Assembly (NCBI GenBank): GCA_964423485.1
Contig: CAYRFB010000001.1
Span: 1 to 51,385, forward strand
Reading direction: 5' to 3'
Source: an uncultured Bacteroides sp.
GTDB lineage: Bacteria; Bacteroidota; Bacteroidia; Bacteroidales; Muribaculaceae
Length of the DNA: 51,385 bases
Positions 38,472-47,804 of the stretch are shown one piece after another. The position numbers were made by a program, and so were the translations under genes. Under the pieces are notes generated by a model. That model saw only the letters and a list, made by a program, of their open reading frames with translations, did not search any database and was not told the DNA's origin. The first letter of the stretch is position 1, and the number at the start of each line of letters is the position of its first letter.

Positions 38472-39500
38472 ATGCCTTCTGATCACGGTCAGGACACACC
38501 TCGTTGGTACGTGCTCAACTTCATCGGCAGCTCCGCCCGCGACCTCGCCCAAAAAGCCATTGACCGCTACAACGCCGCTGCCGCCAACCCCCTCGAACTC
38601 TTCGCCCCCACCTACGTCGTCCGCGAAGAGCGCCAGGGCGAACTAAAGTTCCGCACCGTCAGCCTAACCTTCCACTACGTCTTCGTGCGCGGCCCCTTCG
38701 ACGACGTCAAGTCACTCTGCGCCCTATCCAACGGCTTCTCATTCCTCATCGACCGAGGCAGCCAAGACCGCTACGCCATCATCGACGACCGCAAGATGGC
38801 CCACTTCAAAAACATCGCACGCGCCTACAAAAACTGCCTACCCTACTTCCCCATCGACCAGATCGACCTCGAAGCAGGCGACCTCGTCGAAGTCGTCAGC
38901 GGCGACTTCCCTGGACTCGTCGGCTACTACATGCCCCGGCCCAAAAGCACCTCCGGCAACATCCTCCTCAACGTATTTAACAACGTAGGTACCGTCGCCT
39001 TCGACGTCCGCGCCACCGACGTCCGCGTCCTCGAATTCGCCCGACGCACAACCCGCGCCAACGACCAGATCGACGCCTTCGTGCCCCACCTCCTCAAAGC
39101 CCTACGCCTCTACGCCGCCGGCGACCCACTCACCACACCCCTCGCCGCCAAGCTCTCAGCATTCTGCGGACGCTTAGGCGCCGCCCGCATCAACAACCGC
39201 AAGCTCGACGCCCGCCTCCAGGCCCTCCTCTACGCCGCCAACCACATCATCGGCAACACCGCCGAAGCCCGCCGCCACCTCACCCGCTACCACGACCTCA
39301 GCCCCGCCGTCACCAACCCCTGGACCCGCGCCCTCATCACCCTCATCCTCACCCTCACCGCCGCCCCCGACACCGCCACCACCCAACTGCGAGCCACCTA
39401 CCACACCCTCACCCAACTCACCCCCACCTCCAAATCCCAACACGACCTCCTCACCGAATACCTCCACCACCTCCCCACCACCATACCCTCCGCTATATGA
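38472..39500 (+). CDS. upxY: UpxY/NusG-family antiterminator with an approximately 150-aa C-terminal helical extension
   Basis: NGN motifs RWYVL, LFAPT, HYVFVRG; KOW motif GDLVEVVSGDFPGLVG; first gene of a polysaccharide locus. Confidence 0.85.
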   Translation: MPSDHGQDTPRWYVLNFIGSSARDLAQKAIDRYNAAAANPLELFAPTYVVREERQGELKFRTVSLTFHYVFVRGPFDDVKSLCALSNGFSFLIDRGSQDRYAIIDDRKMAHFKNIARAYKNCLPYFPIDQIDLEAGDLVEVVSGDFPGLVGYYMPRPKSTSGNILLNVFNNVGTVAFDVRATDVRVLEFARRTTRANDQIDAFVPHLLKALRLYAAGDPLTTPLAAKLSAFCGRLGAARINNRKLDARLQALLYAANHIIGNTAEARRHLTRYHDLSPAVTNPWTRALITLILTLTAAPDTATTQLRATYHTLTQLTPTSKSQHDLLTEYLHHLPTTIPSAI

Positions 39501-41011
39501 ATCAAATAAAGGCCGGAGCTGTCCTTAATTACGTCATAATCGCCCTCAACACCATTGTTGGCTTAGCATATACTCCCTATATGCTAAGGTGTTTAGGTCA
39601 AAACGAATACGGCCTTTACTCCCTCGTAGCCTCAATCATCGCTTACCTAACCCTCCTTGATTTTGGATTCGGCAACGCTATAATTCGCTACACTGCCAAA
39701 TTTAGGGCCGAGGGCAAACAACAGGAGCAGTGGGAAATGTTTGGAATGTTTCTCATCGTTTACTCTGTCATCGGATTAATCGCCTTCGCTGGCGGCTTGG
39801 GATTGTATTTTAACGTTGAGAATCTGTTTGACAAAACGATGACTCCCGACGAACTCGCTCAAGCTCGCACTATGATGTTGCTGCTAACCATCAACTTAGC
39901 GTTTACGTTCCCGATGAGCATTTTCGGCTCAATTATAACCGCCTACGAAAACTTCATATTTCAAAGAGTCATCAGCATCCTGCGCATTCTACTCTCCACC
40001 GGCGTACTCATTTTGGTTCTTGCCATTGGCTATAAAGCCGTTGCCCTTGTCGTAGTCCAGACAATTTTCAACATCGCAACCCTGATAATCAACTACCTCT
40101 ATTGCCGCAAAAAACTAAAGATTCATATTGTTTTCGGAAAATTCAACTGGTCATTCATCAAAGAGATCGCCGTCTACTCATTTTGGATTTTCCTCAACGC
40201 CATTATGGATAAAGTTTACTGGGGCACAGGCCAGTTCGTGCTTGGAGCCATATCGGGAACTGTAGCAGTAGCAATTTTTTCCGTAGCCATAATGCTACAA
40301 CAGATGTACATGCAGTTCTCCGTTTCAATAGTCAGCGTCCTATTGCCAAGATTAACCTCAATGGTTGCTCTCAACAACAGCCATAAAGAGATCTCCGACC
40401 TTTTCATAAAGACCGGCCGAATTCAATGCCTGATAATGTCGTTTATTATGGCCGGATTCATCGTTTTCGGACATGGGTTCATTTACTTCTGGGCAGGCGA
40501 TGGCTACCGCGAATCATTCTACGTTGCCTTGATCTTCTTCGCAGCCCTATTTGTTCCAATGATTCAAAATACCGGCATTGCTATTTTACAGGCTCGCAAC
40601 GAGTTGAAGTTTAGATCATGCCTTTATTTTGCAATTTCTATAATTAGTCTTATCTTTCAAATTTTACTTGCAAAAAAATACGGCGCACTTGGCTGCGCAA
40701 TATCCATCGGGACAGCACTGATAATTGGACAAGGCATAATAATGAATTTCTATTATTCAATCTCTCAGCATATTGACATCCCCAAATTTTGGCGAGAAAT
40801 CATCAAAATGCTCATAGTGCCGATTGTTCTTACTTTGATAGGCATCTTTTCCTCCCATTATTTTAATTTCAACCATCTCACTTCACTCATTGCAGGCATA
40901 GCCGTTTTCACCATCGCATACTTTCCGTTGACTTGGTTCATTACCATGAATAGCTATGAGCGCCAATTGCTTTCAAAACCACTAAAGCAATTGATAAAGA
41001 AATTAGGATAA
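39497..41011 (+). CDS. wzx: Wzx oligosaccharide flippase
   Basis: YTPYMLRCLGQNEYGLYSL, LDFGFGNAIIRY, about 14 TM helices; ATGA overlap with upxY. Confidence 0.9.
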   Translation: MNQIKAGAVLNYVIIALNTIVGLAYTPYMLRCLGQNEYGLYSLVASIIAYLTLLDFGFGNAIIRYTAKFRAEGKQQEQWEMFGMFLIVYSVIGLIAFAGGLGLYFNVENLFDKTMTPDELAQARTMMLLLTINLAFTFPMSIFGSIITAYENFIFQRVISILRILLSTGVLILVLAIGYKAVALVVVQTIFNIATLIINYLYCRKKLKIHIVFGKFNWSFIKEIAVYSFWIFLNAIMDKVYWGTGQFVLGAISGTVAVAIFSVAIMLQQMYMQFSVSIVSVLLPRLTSMVALNNSHKEISDLFIKTGRIQCLIMSFIMAGFIVFGHGFIYFWAGDGYRESFYVALIFFAALFVPMIQNTGIAILQARNELKFRSCLYFAISIISLIFQILLAKKYGALGCAISIGTALIIGQGIIMNFYYSISQHIDIPKFWREIIKMLIVPIVLTLIGIFSSHYFNFNHLTSLIAGIAVFTIAYFPLTWFITMNSYERQLLSKPLKQLIKKLG

Positions 41012-41033
41012 CAGACTATTTCCGACTTTTGAT

Positions 41034-42302
41034 ATGATCAATATCACCAACAAAGAGGACTGCGTTGGTTGCAACGCTTGCGTCCAGATCTGCCCCAAAC
41101 AGTGCATTTCCATGTCAGAGGACTCGCAAGGATTTCGCTATCCTCACGTTGACCTCAACCTCTGCATCAACTGCCATCTGTGTGAAAAAGTCTGTCCCGT
41201 CATCAATCAAGCAGCTCCCCGACAACCCCAAAAAGTTTATGCCGCTAAAAACAACGATCAAGCCATCCGACAGGCCTCATCGTCAGGAGGCATATTTTAT
41301 GCCTTAGCGTCAAGCATCATCCGCCAAGGCGGAGTCGTGTTCGGTGCAAAATTTGATGACAAATGGCAAGTTATCCACAGTTATACCGAAACACTTCAAG
41401 GCATCACCCAATTTCAGACCTCAAAATACGTCCAGAGTGACATCGGCCAATCATTCCTCCAAGCCCGTGCCTTCCTCAATCAAGGACGCAAAGTCTTATT
41501 CAGCGGCACCCCGTGCCAAATCGCCGGACTCAAACTTTTTCTTCGGAAAGACTACGGCGATCAGCTCCTGACCCTCGATATCGTTTGCCACGGAGTCCCG
41601 AGCCCGGGCATCTGGCGACAATATCTTGAAAATCTTTTGCGCCAATTAGGCGCAAAAGAAAATTCGGATTTTCAGTCCACGCTTAATGATAAAATGCCTG
41701 TGATAACAGGCATCAACTTTAGAGACAAGAAATTAGGATGGAAAAAATACGGATTTTCAGTCCACGCCGTCGTCCGTCAGGACGACAAAAATACGGATTT
41801 TCAGTCCACTAATAGTCCTTCCGGAGCTGAAATCTTTTTTCAGCCCCACTACGAAAACCTTTATATGCAGGGCTTCCTCAGCGACCTCTACCTCCGCCCC
41901 TCCTGCTACGCCTGCCCCGCAAAATGCGGCAAATCCCACTCCGACATCACCTTAGCCGACTTCTGGGGCATCGACAAATCTTATCCCCAATACTACGCTG
42001 ACAATTTATATTCTCTCGTAATGATTAAAAACACTGGTGGTTCAGATGTTTTATCATTTGTCAAAGAGATTGTAAAGAAAGAAGCCAGTTACGAAATAGC
42101 AGTTAAAGGAAATCCATCTATAGAAATGAGCGTCCGAAAACCGAGTAATTACGATGCATTTTGGCATTCTTACGCTTTTAATGGCCTAACGGCGATTAAA
42201 AATACAGTTCGCTCAATGAGGCCATCAATTTTCGAGAGAGTACTGATCCGATTTAAGTTGTTAATAAGTCGAATGTTCATGACCTTGTATCAATTCAATT
42301 AA
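41034..42302 (+). CDS. 4Fe-4S ferredoxin + FrhB (F420 hydrogenase beta-subunit-like) domain protein
   Basis: CVGCNACVQICP, CINCHLCEKVCP, SSSGG, SKYVQS, GTPCQ, CHGVPS, LRPSCYAC, SDITLADFWG. Confidence 0.9.
   Translation: MINITNKEDCVGCNACVQICPKQCISMSEDSQGFRYPHVDLNLCINCHLCEKVCPVINQAAPRQPQKVYAAKNNDQAIRQASSSGGIFYALASSIIRQGGVVFGAKFDDKWQVIHSYTETLQGITQFQTSKYVQSDIGQSFLQARAFLNQGRKVLFSGTPCQIAGLKLFLRKDYGDQLLTLDIVCHGVPSPGIWRQYLENLLRQLGAKENSDFQSTLNDKMPVITGINFRDKKLGWKKYGFSVHAVVRQDDKNTDFQSTNSPSGAEIFFQPHYENLYMQGFLSDLYLRPSCYACPAKCGKSHSDITLADFWGIDKSYPQYYADNLYSLVMIKNTGGSDVLSFVKEIVKKEASYEIAVKGNPSIEMSVRKPSNYDAFWHSYAFNGLTAIKNTVRSMRPSIFERVLIRFKLLISRMFMTLYQFN
41633..41809 (+). repeat. Three intragenic copies of AAAATWCGGATTTTCAGTCCAC, two preceded by perfect hairpins
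   Basis: Copies at 41659-41680, 41744-41765 and 41788-41809; hairpins at 41633-41659 and 41769-41786. Confidence 0.85.
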
Positions 42303-42308
42303 TAAACT

Positions 42309-43400
42309 ATGAAAGTTGGAATTGTGACTCAACCTTTACTAGGGAACTATGGAGGAATTCTACAAAATTATGCTCTTCAAACAATTTTGCGCAGACTTGG
42401 GCATGAGCCGATCACCATTGATTACATCTGGAATATGCGATGGTACAGATTTATTTTATCCTATTTCAAATCATTTTTATCGAAAACGATACGCGGTAAA
42501 AAAAGTAAATTTGAAAAATTTTATCCCGTCCGCGAGAATAAATTTATAGATAACTTTATCAGCAACCACATTGTAAGAACTGATTATACATATCATTACC
42601 GTCAGTCACAATTAAATAAATACGCTATCCAAGCAGTCGTATCTGGAAGTGATCAGGTTTGGAGACCAAAGTACAATCCAGATCTAAAGGATATGTTCTT
42701 AGATTTTGTGAAAGATGATAACATTCTTAAGATTGCTTATGCGGCTTCTTTTGGATGCTCGGAGAAAGAATACTCTAGACAGATGATTTTTGAATGCGAA
42801 AGAGCGGCCAAAAGGCTCGATGCGATATCAGTACGCGAAGAATCTGGCGTTGATTTGTGCTTAGAATATTTTGGAGTTAAAGCCCAAACTGTATTGGACC
42901 CAACTATGCTTCTAACGGCTGATGACTACTATAATTTGACACATAATTTTCCTAAATCAGAACACAAATATTTAGGAGCCTACATTTTAGATGAAGATCC
43001 AACCATTGAAGATACACTCGAAAAAATTTGTGATATCCAATCTTTGTCTACGATTCGGCGAATCACGGAAGATGAGTCTTCAATGTCTCCAATCGATTGG
43101 CTGGCAATGATTCGTGATGCAGATTTTATAGTTACAAATTCTTTCCACGGTACGGTATTCGCAATAATATTTCAAAAACCCTTTTTATCAATTTATAATG
43201 ATAATCGTGGAGGAGATCGTTTTTATTCCTTACTTGCCCCATTGAATTTATTAGATAGACTTGTCGTCTCAAACAGTGATAAGATAGAAGATATTGTCCG
43301 GAGAAAGATTGACTGGAAGTCTGTCAACCAATCCATCAATTTGCGTCGAACAAAATCTATATCATTTTTGAAAGATAGCCTAAGACTTAAAGAGCCTTAG
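42309..43400 (+). CDS. Polysaccharide pyruvyl transferase family protein
   Basis: NYGGILQNYAL, GSDQVW, IAYAASFG, ISVRE, LDPT, TNSFHG. Confidence 0.92.
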   Translation: MKVGIVTQPLLGNYGGILQNYALQTILRRLGHEPITIDYIWNMRWYRFILSYFKSFLSKTIRGKKSKFEKFYPVRENKFIDNFISNHIVRTDYTYHYRQSQLNKYAIQAVVSGSDQVWRPKYNPDLKDMFLDFVKDDNILKIAYAASFGCSEKEYSRQMIFECERAAKRLDAISVREESGVDLCLEYFGVKAQTVLDPTMLLTADDYYNLTHNFPKSEHKYLGAYILDEDPTIEDTLEKICDIQSLSTIRRITEDESSMSPIDWLAMIRDADFIVTNSFHGTVFAIIFQKPFLSIYNDNRGGDRFYSLLAPLNLLDRLVVSNSDKIEDIVRRKIDWKSVNQSINLRRTKSISFLKDSLRLKEP

Positions 43401-43475
43401 AAATTATCATTCTGATGTAATACTTCTCCACTATAATTATAGTTTATTTTGAAAATGCTTAATTCTTTACAAAAG

Positions 43476-44369
43476 ATGAAGCATGCTTATTGCATAATTG
43501 CGCATAATGACATATATTGCTTGCAAAAATTGATTGAATGTCTAGACGATCCACGAAATGATATCTTCATTCATTTTGACAAAAAGTCTGATTTATTCGA
43601 TTGCTTTTTAAAATCTGATTTTAGCAAAATTTATGTTCTTCCTCGAGAAAAAAGTATAGACATCCAGTGGGGTACATACTCACAAATAGAGGCAGAAATA
43701 ACCGTCTTCAAATTTGCGAATGAAAACGGCCTCTTTTCATATTTTCATTTACTCTCTGGTCAGGATTTGCCAATAAAAAATCAAAATTCGATTCACTCAT
43801 TCTTTGATTCTTTACCTATTGGCACCAATCTTGTGGGGTTTAACGACACCTCAAAGATTGACAAAGATAACCTTTCAAAAAGAGTCGTGCCCATTCATTT
43901 ATTAACTTCAAAATTAAGAAGTCCAAATTATTACGTACGATTTGTGAGTAACTTAATTGAGGATAAATTATCAAGTTTTCAGAAAAAGCTAGGAATAAAA
44001 ATTAACAAATCTATTGAATATCGCAAAGGATGCAATTGGGTTTCGATCACTGAGCCTCTTGTCGAATATATTATCAATAATACAGATTATATCAAGGGAC
44101 TTTTTGGCAAAGCGATTTTATGTGATGAAATCTTTATTCAAACTTTGATTTGGAATTCACATTTTAGAGATACAGTATATAACTATAAAGATGAATACAC
44201 TGGGTGTATGAGAGAAATTGATTGGGATAGAGGATCGCCATACACCTGGGAGGAAGACGATTATGAACACCTATTAAAATCAGACAAACTCTTTGCTCGG
44301 AAATTCTCATCAAAGAATCACAAAAAAATTATCGACTTTATTAGTTCAAATGTAACTTCTAGACCTTAA
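43476..44369 (+). CDS. GT14 / Core-2 I-branching-like glycosyltransferase
   Basis: MKHAYCIIAH, FIHFDKK, YFHLLSGQDLP, DEIFIQT, LFARKF. Start placed at MKHA. Confidence 0.85.
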   Translation: MKHAYCIIAHNDIYCLQKLIECLDDPRNDIFIHFDKKSDLFDCFLKSDFSKIYVLPREKSIDIQWGTYSQIEAEITVFKFANENGLFSYFHLLSGQDLPIKNQNSIHSFFDSLPIGTNLVGFNDTSKIDKDNLSKRVVPIHLLTSKLRSPNYYVRFVSNLIEDKLSSFQKKLGIKINKSIEYRKGCNWVSITEPLVEYIINNTDYIKGLFGKAILCDEIFIQTLIWNSHFRDTVYNYKDEYTGCMREIDWDRGSPYTWEEDDYEHLLKSDKLFARKFSSKNHKKIIDFISSNVTSRP

Positions 44370-44422
44370 GAGCATAAAAAGAATTCCGATTTTTCTTCAT
44401 AAGATTGCTTTATTCTGTATAT

Positions 44423-45343
44423 ATGATAAATCCTCTCATAAGTGTTATTGTACCAGTATATAATGTTGAAAAATACATTCGAGAATGTATTGACAGCATT
44501 ATATTTCAAACTTATAACAATTTCGAATTGATCCTTGTTGATGACGGCACTCCTGATAATAGCGGTCATATTTGCGATGATTATGCGAAAAAGGATTCGA
44601 GGATTAAAGTTATCCATAAAAGGAATGAGGGGGTATCTGTTGCACGAAATATCGGAATTGAAGTCGCCAAAGGTGAATGGATTACATTCGTTGATTCGGA
44701 TGACAAACTTGAAGAGGATGCGTTACAAATATGCTCTGATTTCATAAGAAATCAAAGTATTGACTTACTACAATTCAGAGATACAGACTCTAATCTTAAT
44801 GATAGGCTTATATATGAAGAGATTGTTCCGAGTAAACAGTATTTAAGATTAGAACATCCAATAACTGTTTGGGGAAGTATGTTTAAAAAGTCAATAATAA
44901 ATAAATGGAATCTGCAATTTAATTCAAATATTAAAATTGGGGAGGACTTGATATTTGTCACGAACTACATAAAACATTGCAAACAATGCTTAATGCTCAA
45001 TAGGTCATTATATTTTTATCGAAAGAATGAGAACGGAGCAACTTTTAATATGAAAAAAAATGAAATATTGAAAACATTAGATGCTTTCTCCGATCTTAAA
45101 TCATACACACCTGAAATCGAAGTTAGAATCAACAATCAATTGATTGAGCTTTTCTGCAATAAAGAAGTAATCTTAAACCATCGGATTTCAAAACTAAGAC
45201 ATCTTTATCAGAAATTAAATATAAGAGAAACCTCTAATATTATTTCCAACTCAGTGAAATGGTTCAAACTTATTTCCTATTTCAATCTCACTTTCGCCCT
45301 TCTTATTATGAAATCATACTACAAATATATTAAAATCCGATAA
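44423..45343 (+). CDS. GT2 glycosyltransferase
   Basis: ISVIVPVYNVEKY, VDDGTPD, GVSVARN, FVDSDD, GEDL. Confidence 0.92.
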   Translation: MINPLISVIVPVYNVEKYIRECIDSIIFQTYNNFELILVDDGTPDNSGHICDDYAKKDSRIKVIHKRNEGVSVARNIGIEVAKGEWITFVDSDDKLEEDALQICSDFIRNQSIDLLQFRDTDSNLNDRLIYEEIVPSKQYLRLEHPITVWGSMFKKSIINKWNLQFNSNIKIGEDLIFVTNYIKHCKQCLMLNRSLYFYRKNENGATFNMKKNEILKTLDAFSDLKSYTPEIEVRINNQLIELFCNKEVILNHRISKLRHLYQKLNIRETSNIISNSVKWFKLISYFNLTFALLIMKSYYKYIKIR

Positions 45344-45385
45344 ATATTATCTATAATATCAATGCAAATTTGAAAGAATTAATAT

Positions 45386-46627
45386 ATGAAATCACACGTC
45401 AGTAAATTACTGTACTTCTTTGGACTATTCTTTCTAATATTTGCTTTTCCACTTTTACCTGGATTAAGCAGCGCAAAATCTATGGTAATTGTTGTTTCTC
45501 TCATTTATTTGTGCAGAGGAGACTTTAAACGTCAAATTTATATAGCAACTCAATCTTTTGGTAGACCTTTTCTTATAAGTTATCTAATCCTCTTTCTACT
45601 AGTGCTTTGCCAACCTATTTTATGGCAATCCTATGATTTTTCATTGGTAAATCCAATGGTTACTGCCATAATATTTTATTATGTTTCATATTTATACCTT
45701 TCTGAAGCTTCAAAGCATATTAACATAGAAAAAGCCGTTTACTTCTGCTTCATTATCCAAAGCATTTTAATATTATTTGCAATATTGAGTCAAAGTTTCT
45801 ACGACCTGACCTCTCATTTTAGGGCAGTTTCCTACCATCATATTGAACAATATGGAAGGCTAAGGGGAAATGCAGTAAGTGGTTACCAATTTTTTAGCTT
45901 AGTGGTAATGTATAGCTTCCCTATTATATACATAAGTCTCCACCCCAAAAGATTTCGAAGAAAAGGCTTATTTCTTACCCTTTTGATTGCAACGGCAATT
46001 TGCACGGGAAGAAGCATTACGCTTTCATTAGCCTTAGCCGCCCTTTTCGTCTTAATTAAGAAAATTATCGAAAAGCAATATCTTAAAGTAGTCATTAATG
46101 TTGTTGTGATTGTTTCTTGTCTCATAATCGGCGTATATCTATTGTTAACCAATTATTCGAAAATTGATGATCCAATTATGCGTATATCAATTGAAAAATA
46201 CCTGATTGAACCAATTGAGACCATTGGTAGCGATAAAGGTTTTGAGTCCTCTTCAACAGATCATTTAGGTGAAATGTACAAAAAGGAGGACATAAAGAAA
46301 TATTTTGTTTTAGGATGTGGAAAATATTCAAATGAGGATGGATCCTACTTTGGCAACGTTGATATAGGATATTACAGACTTCTGGCTTATTCCGGTTATT
46401 TAGGATTATTTGTAGAACTTGTCTGTTTATGGCTATTATTTTACAGAAGCCGGTCTAACTTAGATTTATTAACAAGGAATGCTTTTTTTCTATTGATTAT
46501 CCTTTTAAATTTTAAAGGTAACGTCTATATATGGGATAATAATATCGTTTCACTTCTTGTAATTTTCTTGTTTTTTTATAAATCCCAAAGTATAACTCCA
46601 CATAAAACCGTCTCATATTCCGCTTAA
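45386..46627 (+). CDS. wzy: Putative Wzy polysaccharide polymerase
   Basis: About 11 hydrophobic segments, a large periplasmic loop with DIGY, low GC, located in a Wzx-containing locus. Confidence 0.65.
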   Translation: MKSHVSKLLYFFGLFFLIFAFPLLPGLSSAKSMVIVVSLIYLCRGDFKRQIYIATQSFGRPFLISYLILFLLVLCQPILWQSYDFSLVNPMVTAIIFYYVSYLYLSEASKHINIEKAVYFCFIIQSILILFAILSQSFYDLTSHFRAVSYHHIEQYGRLRGNAVSGYQFFSLVVMYSFPIIYISLHPKRFRRKGLFLTLLIATAICTGRSITLSLALAALFVLIKKIIEKQYLKVVINVVVIVSCLIIGVYLLLTNYSKIDDPIMRISIEKYLIEPIETIGSDKGFESSSTDHLGEMYKKEDIKKYFVLGCGKYSNEDGSYFGNVDIGYYRLLAYSGYLGLFVELVCLWLLFYRSRSNLDLLTRNAFFLLIILLNFKGNVYIWDNNIVSLLVIFLFFYKSQSITPHKTVSYSA

Positions 46628-46628
46628 A

Positions 46629-47747
46629 ATGAAAAATATATATTTCATTGTTTCACATTTGCTAATTGGAGGTATTGAAATTATTACGGTTAACTTGGCA
46701 AACGCCTTGGCAAAAAGAGGTTATAATGTTAAAATAATTTCTCTACTGTATGAATCTGAATTATCAGATATGATAGATAACCGAGTTGAGATAATTACAG
46801 TTTCAAAATTAAAAAAAGGCACTTCTGTGTTATATAAGATATTGTGGAGAATCGCGCTGTTAAAACTGCTCAATATCTTAAAACGGGTTCATAATTCTAT
46901 AATCATATCAACCAATGATGATTACAATATCATCCTTTCTAAATTTGGGAATAAAGATTGTTTGAAAATTGGACAATTACATCATGATTATATTGGAAGA
47001 AAGAGCCTAATTAAACATTTTAAATATAAATATAGCAATCTCGACTATTTTGTTATTCTTACAGACGATATTAGATGTGAAATATCTGAGTTAATGTCAC
47101 ATACTAACAATCATACTATTTGTGTGACTATCCCCAATTTTCAGCCTAAAAGATTGTCTATGCCAAATAATACTAGTCCCATTAGTATTATAGAACCTTA
47201 TTGCATTGCAGTCGGTCGTTTATCACCTGAAAAGGGATTTGACAGGTTAATTAATGTATGGAAGATATTAGCCGAAAAAAAAGTGAATATACCTCATCTA
47301 TATATTGCTGGTAATGGACCTGAAAAAGAGCGTCTTTACAAATTGATCTTTGACTACAACTTATCCTCCCATATTGATTTGTTAGGCAGTGTTCCAAATA
47401 ATTCATTACAAGATCTTATAAAAAATTCCCTTTGTTTATGTATGTCCAGCCATACGGAGGCCTTTCCAATTGTTCTCCTCGAAGCCCTTACAAACGGGAC
47501 GCCACAAGTTGCATTTGATGTCAGGGTAGGTCCAAGGAATCTGATTGTTAATGGGGAAACTGGTTTTTTGGTAAGTAATGGAAATATGGAAGAGTACGCT
47601 AATCGTATTTCTGAAATTTGTTCTGATGCATCACTGCGCGACGACCTATCGCGAAAGTCTTTACTGCGTGCATTACACTTCTCTGAGGACGTAATACTTG
47701 AAAAATGGGAAAAAATATTTCAACAGTATTTCTCATATTCTAGATAG
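46629..47747 (+). CDS. GT4 glycosyltransferase
   Basis: GGIE, AVGRLSPEKG, SHTEAFPIVLLEA (EX7E). Confidence 0.92.
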   Translation: MKNIYFIVSHLLIGGIEIITVNLANALAKRGYNVKIISLLYESELSDMIDNRVEIITVSKLKKGTSVLYKILWRIALLKLLNILKRVHNSIIISTNDDYNIILSKFGNKDCLKIGQLHHDYIGRKSLIKHFKYKYSNLDYFVILTDDIRCEISELMSHTNNHTICVTIPNFQPKRLSMPNNTSPISIIEPYCIAVGRLSPEKGFDRLINVWKILAEKKVNIPHLYIAGNGPEKERLYKLIFDYNLSSHIDLLGSVPNNSLQDLIKNSLCLCMSSHTEAFPIVLLEALTNGTPQVAFDVRVGPRNLIVNGETGFLVSNGNMEEYANRISEICSDASLRDDLSRKSLLRALHFSEDVILEKWEKIFQQYFSYSR

Positions 47748-47804
47748 TAATTGATTGCATCACTTCAATTTTTTATTACAATTTACTCATAAAATTTCTT
47801 AATA

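Noticed and set aside
39174-39470. Gly/Glu/Val-rich minus-strand ORF
   Set aside because: A by-product of the C-rich skew of upxY on the plus strand.
41659-41809. Mini CRISPR array
   Set aside because: Spacers are very unequal (63 and 22 nt), the repeats lie inside an intact ORF, and no cas genes are present.
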